64,000 bases of DNA from Candidatus Poseidoniaceae archaeon (GCA_965662895.1 CBFIJH010000001.1:1-64000); one strand, 5' to 3'. Positions 1 to 9,752 are shown, numbered from the stretch's first letter. Made by a program: numbers and translations. Notes: generated by a model not told the origin, from the letters alone.

Positions 1-142
1 GAACGCTCGTAAAAGACGAGTTTGATAGACTGCGGATGTACGCACGAAGCTTCGGCGACGTGTTCAGTCCAGCAGCACTAATTGTTCGAGCATCTTTTTC
101 ATTATGTATCCGCACCTCGAGTGCCCTTCGTCTAATAAGCAT
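1..142 (-). CDS. possible 5' part of a gene running off the left edge (MLIRRRALEVRIHNEKDARTISAAG...)
   Basis: ATG at 142 on the minus strand, open frame to position 1, divergent from the 5S rRNA; no recognisable motif. Confidence 0.3.
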   Translation of the reverse strand, partial: MLIRRRALEVRIHNEKDARTISAAGLNTSPKLRAYIRSLSNSSFTSV

Positions 143-193
143 GCCAATTCACGATGCGACGCCATGTCGTGTCATTCCAATTCGAAAGAAGAT

Positions 194-315
194 GGGTGCA
201 CGGTCACAGCGAAGGTGTTTACCCGGTCCCATCCCGAACCCGGAAGTCAAGCCCTTCTGCGTCTGTCCCAATACTGTGGTACGAGAGTCCACGGGAACGG
301 CAGTCACTGTGCCCC
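194..315 (+). rRNA. rrf: 5S rRNA (stand-alone)
   Basis: About 120 nt; terminal helix GGGTGCA/TGTGCCC; conserved CCCATCCCGAAC-CCGGAAGTCAAGC block; TACTG...GAGA...GGGAA helix IV/V pattern. Confidence 0.93.
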
Positions 316-329
316 TCTTCTTTCCTCTT
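315..329 (+). terminator. pyrimidine-rich archaeal terminator after 5S rRNA
   Basis: CTCTTCTTTCCTCTT directly after the 5S 3' end. Confidence 0.45.
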
Positions 330-408
330 GGATATCCCCGATTCTTCTTTTCCTTACACCTAAGTTTTCTAAACTGCGTATTGATACATCGTAACAAGGG
401 TGAAGGTC

Positions 409-1071
409 ATGCCAATCGATACACTTGACATATTGGGTTCCGATCAAATCGGTATCCACCTAGCATCTATTGGCAACGTCTTGTTTCATCCCCGAGAACT
501 TCCAGAGGTTGTCCTCGAACAACTTGAAACGAATTTGCAACTTGAAATGGTCCCGCTCTCGATTGGTGGTTCCAACTTAATTGGGTCTCTTCTAGCTGGT
601 AATTCCAACGGTATTGCAGTCGCAGATATTGCAACAGAAAGAGACATTGATGAACTGACCTCCTTCGGAGACGTTGTTGTCATGGAAGGTGGAGTGAACA
701 CTGCTGGTAACCTCCTGCTTGCGAATGAACAAGGTTGTGTTGCTTCACCGAGTATTCCACATGATGGACTGGAAATTCTTGCAGACGTGCTCAATGTCGA
801 CATCATTGCTACCACGATTGGTGGCCAAGATGTCGTTGGTAGTCTTGGTGTTGTCAACGAACAAGGCGTTCTTCTGCATCCGGACGTAGCCGGTGATGAG
901 GTTTTATTGATTGAAGAGGTTCTTGGTGTTCCTCCGATGGTAGGCACTGTTTCATTTGGTTCTCCATACGTAGGCGCCGGCATATGTGCATCAAATGAAG
1001 GTGCTGTTGCAGGCAGTGAGACAACCGGTCCTGAACTGAACAGAATTGAAGATGCACTTGGTATCATCTGA
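409..1071 (+). CDS. eif6: translation initiation factor 6 (aIF-6)
   Basis: eIF6 repeats: IGSLLAGNSNG, AGNLLLANEQG, VVGSLGVVNEQGVLLHP, GTVSFGSPYVGAG, ETTGPELNRIEDAL; GGTGAAGG before ATG 409. Confidence 0.95.
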   Translation: MPIDTLDILGSDQIGIHLASIGNVLFHPRELPEVVLEQLETNLQLEMVPLSIGGSNLIGSLLAGNSNGIAVADIATERDIDELTSFGDVVVMEGGVNTAGNLLLANEQGCVASPSIPHDGLEILADVLNVDIIATTIGGQDVVGSLGVVNEQGVLLHPDVAGDEVLLIEEVLGVPPMVGTVSFGSPYVGAGICASNEGAVAGSETTGPELNRIEDALGII

Positions 1072-1117
1072 CAGTCGGACACCAATATTCAAGAGCCTCT
1101 CTCCTTGAATATCAACT

Positions 1118-2023
1118 ATGGGAGAAATGCTCTATCAAGGGAAAGTGAAGCAAGTCTGGTCAACCGATGATCCGGACGTCCTCGAATTTCGATTTACAAA
1201 TCAAATATCCGTCTTTGACCAAATTATTCCGTCATTGATTCCAAGAAAAGGCGAATCCTTGAACAGAACGACAGCTCATTGGTTCAAGCTCGTCGAAGAA
1301 GAGGGCGTATGCGGTACGCACCTCGTTGAGGTTAATGCACCCGACCGATGCCTCGTACGTAAGGTCGAAGTCGTCAAGGAGCCAGGTGCGATTCCTCGTG
1401 ATATGGAATGGGTTTTTGTTCCACTCGAATTCATTTGTCGCCATTATCTTTCAGGATCAGCTTGGAGGCGGTTCCAACGCGGTGAATTAACTGCAGAACA
1501 ACTCGGAGTTTCTCCTGATTGTGAATATGGTGCCAAACTTGAGAAGCCGTTTGTTGAGGTTACGACCAAATTCGAAGCATACGACCGAAACATCGACCGC
1601 AAGGAAGCACTCGAAATTTCAAACATCACCGATGAAGAGTACGATGCTATAGTTACTGCAGTCCTCAAGATCGATGAGATCATTGAAAGAGAGGCAGCCA
1701 AAAACGGGTTAATCCATGTTGACGGTAAGAAAGAATTCGCTCTTGGACCAGGTAGAAAGGTCGTCCTCGTTGACACGTTTGGCACACTCGATGAAGATCG
1801 ATGGTGGGATGCTGAAGCATACGCCAACGGCGAGTGTATTGAATTATCGAAAGAGTTTGTCCGAACGCATTACATCAATACCGGGCATCAAGCAGAACTC
1901 AAAGCAGCACGTGATGCTGGTACAGAAGATCCACCAATTCCTGCTCTTCCTCAGAGCGTCATCGACGAGACTGCAGCACTTTATGCTTCGATGTACGAGC
2001 GACTTACTTCAGGCACGTTCTGA
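1118..2023 (+). CDS. purC: SAICAR synthetase
   Basis: YQGKVKQVW, ISVFD...IPRKGESLN, PLEFICRHYLSGS, DGKKEFA, LVDTFGTLDEDRWWD, LSKEFVR. Confidence 0.93.
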   Translation: MGEMLYQGKVKQVWSTDDPDVLEFRFTNQISVFDQIIPSLIPRKGESLNRTTAHWFKLVEEEGVCGTHLVEVNAPDRCLVRKVEVVKEPGAIPRDMEWVFVPLEFICRHYLSGSAWRRFQRGELTAEQLGVSPDCEYGAKLEKPFVEVTTKFEAYDRNIDRKEALEISNITDEEYDAIVTAVLKIDEIIEREAAKNGLIHVDGKKEFALGPGRKVVLVDTFGTLDEDRWWDAEAYANGECIELSKEFVRTHYINTGHQAELKAARDAGTEDPPIPALPQSVIDETAALYASMYERLTSGTF

Positions 2024-2024
2024 C

Positions 2025-2738
2025 TTAGGCATGTTTCCTGTGAATGAGGCCTGCTCCTCGTCGCTCAGCAGCAAGTAAGAGTGCATTCAAGTGTCGGATT
2101 GCATCACGAACACCACCATCGATTGGCTCATCTCTGGCAACAGACCATCCGCCACCCAGCAATGTAGAACGTAGAGTTTTGACTTCATCAAAGGTCAGAA
2201 AACCCATGATATTGAGACCCGCTTTCCCATTCACATATCGATCATCACCCACATTCTCTGGATGACATCGAGTGAGCAAGTAATCAAGATGCGTCGTTAA
2301 ATCCTCAAACAATTCGTTGGATTGAGGATTCATACTTCTGATATTTTCTCGAATGTAATGAACAGCTGAACCCGTGTGGTGGGGGAATCGTCCGAATCGT
2401 TCACGGTTCCTATCCTCGCCCAGCATAATTGGCAAATTGTCCTCATTGAGCATACGACTCAAGGTGAACAGAACTGTTGGATCATCCCACTGAATCTCGT
2501 TTCTGCTGCTCCAATCATCGATTCCTTGTGTACGAAACCGTGCCTGAACTCGTTGATTTTTGCATAACTCTTCCCACTCAGTCGTCGAATTTTGAGTGTT
2601 TGATATCAAAGCCTGAAACACATCTGCGACGATGGATGAATGGCATCCATCAAGTGTGTAGAATGCCGTAGTCGATTGATAATTTGGCTGCATCAGCGAA
2701 ACCACTGATTCCTCTTTATTGAGGTATGTGTTTATCAT
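2025..2738 (-). CDS. conserved hypothetical protein (alternative start 2693)
   Basis: 237-aa ORF with protein-like composition; start overlaps the stop of the upstream giant gene (ATGA). Confidence 0.7.
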   Translation of the reverse strand: MINTYLNKEESVVSLMQPNYQSTTAFYTLDGCHSSIVADVFQALISNTQNSTTEWEELCKNQRVQARFRTQGIDDWSSRNEIQWDDPTVLFTLSRMLNEDNLPIMLGEDRNRERFGRFPHHTGSAVHYIRENIRSMNPQSNELFEDLTTHLDYLLTRCHPENVGDDRYVNGKAGLNIMGFLTFDEVKTLRSTLLGGGWSVARDEPIDGGVRDAIRHLNALLLAAERRGAGLIHRKHA

Positions 2739-5700
2739 TGAAAGAACTTCGACATGCGTTCTTCAATGCTGGATTGTTGTTCTTCATCATCTTCCGGATT
2801 CATTTCCCTACGAATCGAATCCAATCGACCTGATGCACTTGCATTTTCAAGGACAGGTACTTCCTCGACCAAGGATGGTATCGACTCCTCTTCAATGTCA
2901 CTTTCTTGAGTTATTGCTATTTCTTCCTCATCGGAATCTTGCGGAGCAGGACTTGATTCTGTGGTTTTTGAAGGAGTCACTGCCGCTGTTTTCTTGTTCG
3001 TTTGTGCAGGGGTACTGGTGCGACTCGATTGCTTGTCCTGTCGTTGGACAGCAAACAAATAGATGCCTACAAGAACTGAGATAATCAGAGCACTCACCAA
3101 AACATTGGATGTGTTCAATGGCTGAGCCTCCTCAAGTTCAAAAAGAACAGAAGCGGTGTTATCGGACTCATCATCATCGATGTCAAATGGACTGTTGCAT
3201 CGTATCAGTGCTTCTAATTGCTCTTGGTCGTTAAGTCCTTCCGAATCGATGCGTATGTTGGGCGTAAAATCAGAACCAACAAAGCCGACAAGAACTTCTG
3301 CTTCGAAATCACTCTCTTTGCTGTTAACAGTAAGGAAGCATACTGCATCTTCGAGAACTTGGTAATTTGTTCTTGATAGGGCGACATTGATGCTTCCTTT
3401 TGCTGAGATACTGCTGATTCCTACATTCCATCCAGATTCCCTTGAGGTCACGACTTTCTCTAGACTTGAAACAATGTTTCCGAACTCATCATACACGGAA
3501 ATCATGATGGTTAAACGACCTGGTTGTGGGTCCCAATTAGAAACACTAACGTTGGCAAACGTTGACTGATTCTGCAAAACGGCAAATGTGGATTTGTTGA
3601 TTGGTATCTCCTCTCCTCGGTTTGTTGAAACAACGAACGAGAGTTTAGTGTTTTCATCAGAATCGCCCATGATGTCACAACTCACGATGTCACCTGTGAT
3701 CGGCTGTAATCCGAGACTGGAAAGGGCCTCATTTCTGAATGAGCAAGAGGCAGTTAACGATGGAGCATCCCGTCCAATAAGCACGAGTTGAATGGACTCC
3801 TTGGGACTACTAAGATTGAGATAATTCAAACCAGATGGGACAGTGAACGTATAGGTTGAGCCAGAGACAGAAACCATACTCCCTTGCAATTCAACGTTAT
3901 CGATATTGTCGATGTCTACTGATAACTGTGCTCCGGTACGGCCCGATAATACAGGGCTGCTCAAGGAAGAAATGTTCGAATGTTGTACGGTGAAATCTAC
4001 GGATTCGGTACCTAGAGAAGAGTGTGTTACTTGGACGGTTATCTGGAAGGGTATCCCATCCCAATTCTCTGGAGGGTTCAAATTGATGGGCATTCCTTCC
4101 ATCGCACCAGGCACAATTTGAATCGGTGAATCAACAATAGCAGTCCACCCAGATGGTAAGTTTGTTACCTCCAGTTCAAATTCTGGCAGATCATTACCTG
4201 TATTTTCTATCCATGCGAGAGGATAACCACCATTCTTCGAGACAAACCATACATCGGATGATTGAATTGAGTAATTTGACAATCCTGTGACACGAACTGG
4301 GACTTGAAACACTTCCATTCCTTGGCCAACAGCGTCCGAAACACGAATTTCGAGAATGTTGACATCGCCTTCTTGAGCATCCGATGGCGCTTCAACATAG
4401 ATGTCGACGACTTGGGATTGACCTGGCTCCATCAGGCTTCCCTCAGGCAACGATATGTTCCATCCTTGTCCGAACTTCGTCAAAAACGGAACCGAAGGTG
4501 TATTCCCTTTTTGTTCCAGAAGGACTTCAATGTAATCCCCCCCAGGCGTGATTTCGAGATCGCTGTTCGCTAGATTGAGATTCCATTTTGAATACTCAAG
4601 AACGTTGAGATCGATTTGGAATTGGTCAAGAACGTATCCTGAAGAAACGACTTGATAGGAAATGGTAGCAATCGCATCTTTCCAAGCATAAGGAATCTCT
4701 TGTACAACTGTCAAAGTAGCAGATTCATTCACGTCCAGCATCGATGAATGAATTGTTTGATGTGGTTGCCAAACTGCTGTATCGTTGTCCTCTGTGACAA
4801 CCGAGAGTGTCGGCACAAATTGGACATCATCAAGGTAGTTTCCGACGTTGGTAACATTGAATGTAAGCACGTGCTCAGTATTCGGTTGAACGTCCTGCTG
4901 TCCTCCATCTACAAGCACAATATCCCAGTCGTGGCGTTGTTCTGCTTCAATTAGCATCGTCGTTGTTGCACGAACTGAGGTATTGACTGTTGACGCCCAC
5001 TCGAATTCGAGATAAAACGGCACAGCAGCTGGTAAATTTTCTCGAAGTTCAATTTCCAATGGCATAATCGTCGTAGCCAAGGGGCTCAGCGTTCGTACTG
5101 GATTAAAGTAGGTAAATGTGACATCATCCGTGGTAACCATCTCAGTTGGTAGAACTCTTGCTTCAAATTCATAGGTGTCTTGCCCATTGCCAGGGTTTTC
5201 CAATTGGATGAGGATTTGATGAGGTGTGCTTACATTGAATCCGTGCGGAATGTTCGAATCAACCGGATCGATGACATTCAATGCTGCACGATGAATCTGC
5301 AGAACGTGTACGCTCAAGTCAAACGCGAGGTTTGAAGCAGATGATTGCTCATCGGTTTCAAAAGCCAACCGTTGTGGCGCTGCATTTGGAGGAATGTAGG
5401 CTTCAAGTTCGACGATGTGATACGAATTAGGGGAGCCACTCGCTTCAAGAATACCATTTTGCAATGTGGCGCCAGTCGTGACATTCCATTGCCAGTTTTG
5501 TAGGAACATGTTGGCTTGACCAAAATCCCAGTTGAGTGTTCCAGATTGTGGCAACATCATCCGAAATTCAAATACGTGATTCGAATCAGGGACCGTTCGA
5601 ATATGGGTCGGCGAGGTGTGCGAAAGAACAGATGTAAAATTAGCATCGAGTGATCGACAAAGTGTCTGCTCACCACTTCCAATGCATGTTGTTAGTGTTG

Positions 5701-8368
5701 TGCTCGTGACGCTGCCTTGCGAAACTGAACTTGGCACGTCAAGAAGTATTTTGAGTTCCTTCTTTTCTCCTGGCTGCAAGGTTATTGAGTAGACATTTGA
5801 CTCTCCATCGTAAAGAACCGGTGTCCCACCCCATGAAGGGCTTGTCCAATCAATTGACGTTGTTGTTTCGACTGCATTTCCAAGATTTTCAATCAGGACA
5901 TAGGTCTCTGCTGTATGCCCTGCGATGCCATATCCTTCCGAGAAAGCAAGGCCAGTCGGGCCAACAAGCGATAGCCCTCGAGTTCGCAATGCTTCGATGG
6001 GAATCAGTGTTCGGCTTTCAACACTCGAATCGGTGGTCAAGGTAGCAACAACCTCGATGTAACCGTCCTCATCTCCAAGAGCGTCTGCCGGTAAGGTCGC
6101 AACAAAGGGGAGCGTCACAGAAACACCAGGAGTGAGTTCAACATCAAGCAAATTTGTACCGACCTCGGGATCAGCGGACCAACCCTCGGGTAAATTGCTT
6201 GAATCATAAGAAATGTTCCAATCCGCAGTTCGTGAGCCCGTTGCTGTTACTGCAACTTCGAAGATTTCAGTTGTTCCTGGACTGATTCGAGTCGTCGCCT
6301 CCGGGCCTTGAATAAGTACTGCATAAGGTTCGACAACCGTCATTGTGGCTTGCGCAACATTGTTGTCCTCTCTTGCTTCTGTTAGGTTTTGGTTCACATC
6401 CAAAACCAATTCGAATTCGTGTGTGCCTAAGGTGGCAATCACATCAACACTGAATGTGGCAGGCCCCCCATCTCCACTTGGTGAAAGAGGATCGAGCTGC
6501 TCGAACCGTACTCGTGTTAATTCCTGGCCGTTCATGTACAAAGCACAATCAACATTTTCTTCGTTTTCCCATGTTCCAAAGTTGGCGAATTGTCCAGTTA
6601 TGGTCAGAGTTTGGCCCGGATCGGGTGAGACTGGGTTGAACGAAATCCCATTTCCGTCTTGAAGCGGTGCTAAATCGAGCAAACGCTGTGAAACCAGCGT
6701 ATCTCCGTAGAGCATGTCGATATAACCGTCACTATCAAGGTCAGCAAATGCAGGAGCAGACCAAACACGATGTGGCATAGAGAGTGGTTCATCCCAGCCC
6801 TCGGAAACTTCGTTTTCATATCCAGTCTCACCTTCGAAAACAAAAACCCGGCGACCAAATGCTACAACAATCTCTGGATCACCTTCACCGTCGATATCCA
6901 TCCATGCTGGTGGTGAGACTGCGATTTCATCGTTATCGTTCCCCGAACCACCTCTATTCATGACCTTGTACCACTCCTCAGTCGGAGGGTCGTTGGTAAT
7001 GTCATGACAGCCGATCATTCCTTCTCTATCGAAGGTTAAGGAGGATGCAGAGTACCAAGTCACCCAGCAAAGCCGGTCGTGGATGCCATCGCTGTTCAAA
7101 TCGATGGGTAGCGGCGGTGCATCTGCGTAGCCATTCCGTGAACGGAACGAGAAGATTTCTTCCGTCGATGTCAACTCCATGCCGACATAACGTGCACCCA
7201 ATCCAATTGTACGTCCATTCCCATCGGTTGGGATTGTGAGAATCATTTCGGGAGCCGCATCACTGTCGAGTTGGACAACAACTGGACTTGGTAAGCGTAA
7301 CCTTGGTGCGTCTGAATCGGTATCAGTTCCAGAAACAGAAACACGTCCCCAATCATTTGAACCAGTGTTGCCATCGATTCGCCAAATCCACATGTTGCCA
7401 GAATTTTCATCGATTGTTGTCGCCAAAACCACAGAATTTTCACCATCCAACTGTGCCCAAGATGGGTCGCTCGGATGTGTTCCTCGGTCAAGAGTTACAT
7501 CCCAATTTTCAGTCGGAGTGCTTGCTCCGAGTGGTAGACTGATGATGTGAGGGTCGTCCGTCGCAGTATCAACGACTGTGAGAATCAATTCAGGTTGCCC
7601 ATCCAGTTCAAGATCGGCAAGGAGGGGTTGGGTCACAGAGAGATGGTTGCTTTGACGGGTTTGGAAATGTGGACTTGTGATGCCTATGCGATAATCTGTA
7701 CTCGTCCAAGACCACATCAATTCATTGGAGTGGCCACCGCTTTGCCACCCCGATTCATCACAGGACAACTGAGGCGACCAAACATCGACTTGGAGTGAGC
7801 TTTCCGTATCATAAACAACAACCACTTCGGTGGAACCATCAAGGTCAGTATCGACCAGGACCGGTGTCGAGCGTGCTGCTTGTGTGTCACCCAGATCCAC
7901 TTGCCAAGCAACATCGGCATCATCGCCAGCGATAAGTGAGAGTTTTGTCGATGATGTTGAGGTGCTCTCATGGAGAATGACTGCGAAAAGGCTCGATGGA
8001 GTGCACCGCTCAACGGCGCCGGGGCTGACAGTAACACTACCTGAGAAGTTCCCGATAATCGAGCCATATGCATCCGATCCGATATCATCCTCTAGTCCAA
8101 CCCAATTGATGATGGGATCATCGATGCTCAATAAGGGGCCATTCGTGGAATCATGCAGAGGCATTGTACCATTTCGCGTTGCGCTTCCTCCATATTGCCC
8201 CCAGGGTTGTTCAAGGTCATCCCATGTTTGAACTGAAGTTGTTCTTACCGTGTTTGCCTCGCTTAATTTGGGAGCATGAATGTGCGTAAAGGAAACCATC
8301 AGCATCAGCAGAACCATGCCAAACGCAGAGCGTTGATGCCCTGATTTTCCATGGCTCCCGCTAGGCAT
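2735..8368 (-). CDS. giant cell-surface protein: signal peptide, PQQ/FG-GAP-like beta-propeller, CARDB/NEW3-like Ig repeats, C-terminal TM and acidic tail
   Basis: 1877 aa; WGQYGGSATRNG; repeated P-x-x-x-D-L-D-x-D-G (ADLELDGQPE, DLNSDGIHD, ADLDSDGY); EAREDNNVA; repeated I/V-E/T-N-x-G-N; TM VLVSALIISVLVGIYLFAV. Confidence 0.8.
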   Translation of the reverse strand: MPSGSHGKSGHQRSAFGMVLLMLMVSFTHIHAPKLSEANTVRTTSVQTWDDLEQPWGQYGGSATRNGTMPLHDSTNGPLLSIDDPIINWVGLEDDIGSDAYGSIIGNFSGSVTVSPGAVERCTPSSLFAVILHESTSTSSTKLSLIAGDDADVAWQVDLGDTQAARSTPVLVDTDLDGSTEVVVVYDTESSLQVDVWSPQLSCDESGWQSGGHSNELMWSWTSTDYRIGITSPHFQTRQSNHLSVTQPLLADLELDGQPELILTVVDTATDDPHIISLPLGASTPTENWDVTLDRGTHPSDPSWAQLDGENSVVLATTIDENSGNMWIWRIDGNTGSNDWGRVSVSGTDTDSDAPRLRLPSPVVVQLDSDAAPEMILTIPTDGNGRTIGLGARYVGMELTSTEEIFSFRSRNGYADAPPLPIDLNSDGIHDRLCWVTWYSASSLTFDREGMIGCHDITNDPPTEEWYKVMNRGGSGNDNDEIAVSPPAWMDIDGEGDPEIVVAFGRRVFVFEGETGYENEVSEGWDEPLSMPHRVWSAPAFADLDSDGYIDMLYGDTLVSQRLLDLAPLQDGNGISFNPVSPDPGQTLTITGQFANFGTWENEENVDCALYMNGQELTRVRFEQLDPLSPSGDGGPATFSVDVIATLGTHEFELVLDVNQNLTEAREDNNVAQATMTVVEPYAVLIQGPEATTRISPGTTEIFEVAVTATGSRTADWNISYDSSNLPEGWSADPEVGTNLLDVELTPGVSVTLPFVATLPADALGDEDGYIEVVATLTTDSSVESRTLIPIEALRTRGLSLVGPTGLAFSEGYGIAGHTAETYVLIENLGNAVETTTSIDWTSPSWGGTPVLYDGESNVYSITLQPGEKKELKILLDVPSSVSQGSVTSTTLTTCIGSGEQTLCRSLDANFTSVLSHTSPTHIRTVPDSNHVFEFRMMLPQSGTLNWDFGQANMFLQNWQWNVTTGATLQNGILEASGSPNSYHIVELEAYIPPNAAPQRLAFETDEQSSASNLAFDLSVHVLQIHRAALNVIDPVDSNIPHGFNVSTPHQILIQLENPGNGQDTYEFEARVLPTEMVTTDDVTFTYFNPVRTLSPLATTIMPLEIELRENLPAAVPFYLEFEWASTVNTSVRATTTMLIEAEQRHDWDIVLVDGGQQDVQPNTEHVLTFNVTNVGNYLDDVQFVPTLSVVTEDNDTAVWQPHQTIHSSMLDVNESATLTVVQEIPYAWKDAIATISYQVVSSGYVLDQFQIDLNVLEYSKWNLNLANSDLEITPGGDYIEVLLEQKGNTPSVPFLTKFGQGWNISLPEGSLMEPGQSQVVDIYVEAPSDAQEGDVNILEIRVSDAVGQGMEVFQVPVRVTGLSNYSIQSSDVWFVSKNGGYPLAWIENTGNDLPEFELEVTNLPSGWTAIVDSPIQIVPGAMEGMPINLNPPENWDGIPFQITVQVTHSSLGTESVDFTVQHSNISSLSSPVLSGRTGAQLSVDIDNIDNVELQGSMVSVSGSTYTFTVPSGLNYLNLSSPKESIQLVLIGRDAPSLTASCSFRNEALSSLGLQPITGDIVSCDIMGDSDENTKLSFVVSTNRGEEIPINKSTFAVLQNQSTFANVSVSNWDPQPGRLTIMISVYDEFGNIVSSLEKVVTSRESGWNVGISSISAKGSINVALSRTNYQVLEDAVCFLTVNSKESDFEAEVLVGFVGSDFTPNIRIDSEGLNDQEQLEALIRCNSPFDIDDDESDNTASVLFELEEAQPLNTSNVLVSALIISVLVGIYLFAVQRQDKQSSRTSTPAQTNKKTAAVTPSKTTESSPAPQDSDEEEIAITQESDIEEESIPSLVEEVPVLENASASGRLDSIRREMNPEDDEEQQSSIEERMSKFFQ

Positions 8369-8519
8369 TGGTTATCTTTGAACATGAGGGGTTGTTATTG
8401 TTTTGCTCTTCAAGCATCGCAAGGCGTTGATTTGTAGCGGATTCGACGTTCCCCGACACCGAAATGGGCGCAACGCAGTGCCTTGTTTCGATGCGTGGGC
8501 TTCATATAGGGGTCGGCAG

Positions 8520-8630
8520 TGGGCGAAATGACTTCGGTCAACTTCTCTCCCGAGGCGAAAGCCGGTGAAGGACGGAAAGGTTCTGCCTCTTCGTCTTTTA
8601 CCATCGATGAGAGAAACCCAGGAGAGGAAT
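8520..8630 (+). promoter_or_regulatory. structured RNA leader of the rpo7-spt4-rps24e-rps27ae operon
   Basis: cUUCGg hairpin 8529-8540; GAAA tetraloop hairpin 8554-8563; stem 8564-8602 with 16 of 17 positions paired; closing stem 8543-8549/8609-8615; TATA-like TTCATATA 8501-8508; SD-like GGAGAGG 8621-8627. Confidence 0.65.
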
Positions 8631-8633
8631 ACG

Positions 8634-9185
8634 ATGTACAAAATTGTCACCAAAGAGGATACTATCCGAATTCCTGCAGAGTACATGAAAAAAGGTCAAT
8701 CGCTCGACCAACATATCGATCGTCTGGCCATGACTGCCTTTGAAGGACGGTTCGATGAACAAAACCGATTTATTCTCGTTACCAGCAACCACACACCACT
8801 CGGACGTGGGCGAATCATCCACGGTGACGGTGCCATTTACCAACGCGTTCGTTTCGAAGCTCTTCTGTTTTGCATGGATGATTACGAAGTTGTTGAAGGC
8901 GCAATTTCTGAAGTCAACGAATTCGGAGCATTCGTTCGAATCGGACCGATGGAGGCTCTTCTGCACAAATCTCAGATTTTGGATGACCAGGTCGAGGTCA
9001 ATGTCGGTGCTGGTACAATCGCAGGCCGAAACGACGACAAACGACTCGGTATTGGAACAGCAGTTCGTGCAAGGATTGTTTCACTCTCACCGGACACAAG
9101 TGACCCGCGTCGCTCAAAGATCGGTTTGACATGCAAGCAGCCAGGACTCGGTTCTCTTGAGTGGCTGAACGAAGCAGGTGAGTAA
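8634..9185 (+). CDS. rpo7: DNA-directed RNA polymerase subunit Rpo7 (E')
   Basis: EDTIRIP, GRIIHGDGAIY, EVVEGAISEVNEFGAFVRIGPMEALLHKSQI, KIGLTCKQPGLGSLEW; SD before ATG 8634. Confidence 0.96.
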   Translation: MYKIVTKEDTIRIPAEYMKKGQSLDQHIDRLAMTAFEGRFDEQNRFILVTSNHTPLGRGRIIHGDGAIYQRVRFEALLFCMDDYEVVEGAISEVNEFGAFVRIGPMEALLHKSQILDDQVEVNVGAGTIAGRNDDKRLGIGTAVRARIVSLSPDTSDPRRSKIGLTCKQPGLGSLEWLNEAGE

Positions 9186-9187
9186 TC

Positions 9188-9391
9188 ATGGCAAAAACAC
9201 CGTTCGCTTGCGGAGACTGTGGACTTATCCTCCAAGATGGCGTTGACCAATGTCCACGCCACCCATCTGCTCAAACAACAACAGATTGGCAAGGATACGT
9301 CATCATCATTCACCCATCTCGCTCTGAAATCGCCGAACGATTGAATATTGACCAACCCGGGCGATATGCACTCAAGGTGAACATCCGTTAA
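9188..9391 (+). CDS. spt4: transcription elongation factor Spt4 (RpoE'')
   Basis: ACGDC...CPRH zinc site, TTDWQGYVIIIHPSRSEIAERLNI, PGRYALKV; follows rpo7. Confidence 0.94.
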   Translation: MAKTPFACGDCGLILQDGVDQCPRHPSAQTTTDWQGYVIIIHPSRSEIAERLNIDQPGRYALKVNIR

Positions 9392-9404
9392 GGAGGACAA
9401 AAAC

Positions 9405-9752
9405 ATGGAAATTGTAAGCCGAACAGAAAACAAACTTCTCAACCGCGTGGAAATCGACTTCAAGTGGAATCACCAGAGTTCAAAGACTCCTTCAAAGAAG
9501 GAAGTTATGGATCTTGTAAAAACCCTTGAACCGGGTTCAAATCCGGATTTTATTGTCGTCAAGAACTGCAAGACCCGTTATGGGCAAGCACTCACCACCG
9601 GTCAAGCGTTTATCTACGAAACTGCGGAAGCTATGGCAGTTGAGCCAGCCTACATCCATGAGCGCCACAAGGGATTCCGAAGTGGGAATGCCTCCGAAGC
9701 GGCCGAGGATACCGAACAATCCGATGAGGAAACGACGGAAGGTGATGCATGA
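9405..9752 (+). CDS. rps24e: 30S ribosomal protein S24e
   Basis: [24 protein letters not shown]...GQAFIYE; conserved operon position; SD AGGAGG. Confidence 0.92.
   Translation: MEIVSRTENKLLNRVEIDFKWNHQSSKTPSKKEVMDLVKTLEPGSNPDFIVVKNCKTRYGQALTTGQAFIYETAEAMAVEPAYIHERHKGFRSGNASEAAEDTEQSDEETTEGDA

Noticed and set aside
36-428. ORFs 36..428, 104..394, 149..397, 154..363
   Set aside because: They overlap the 5S rRNA and have no protein-like features
8372-8743. ORFs across the rpo7 upstream region; SRP RNA, RNase P RNA or hammerhead as identity of the structured element
   Set aside because: The ORFs look spurious; the element is too short and lacks the SRP helix 8, RNase P P4 and hammerhead CUGAnGA core motifs
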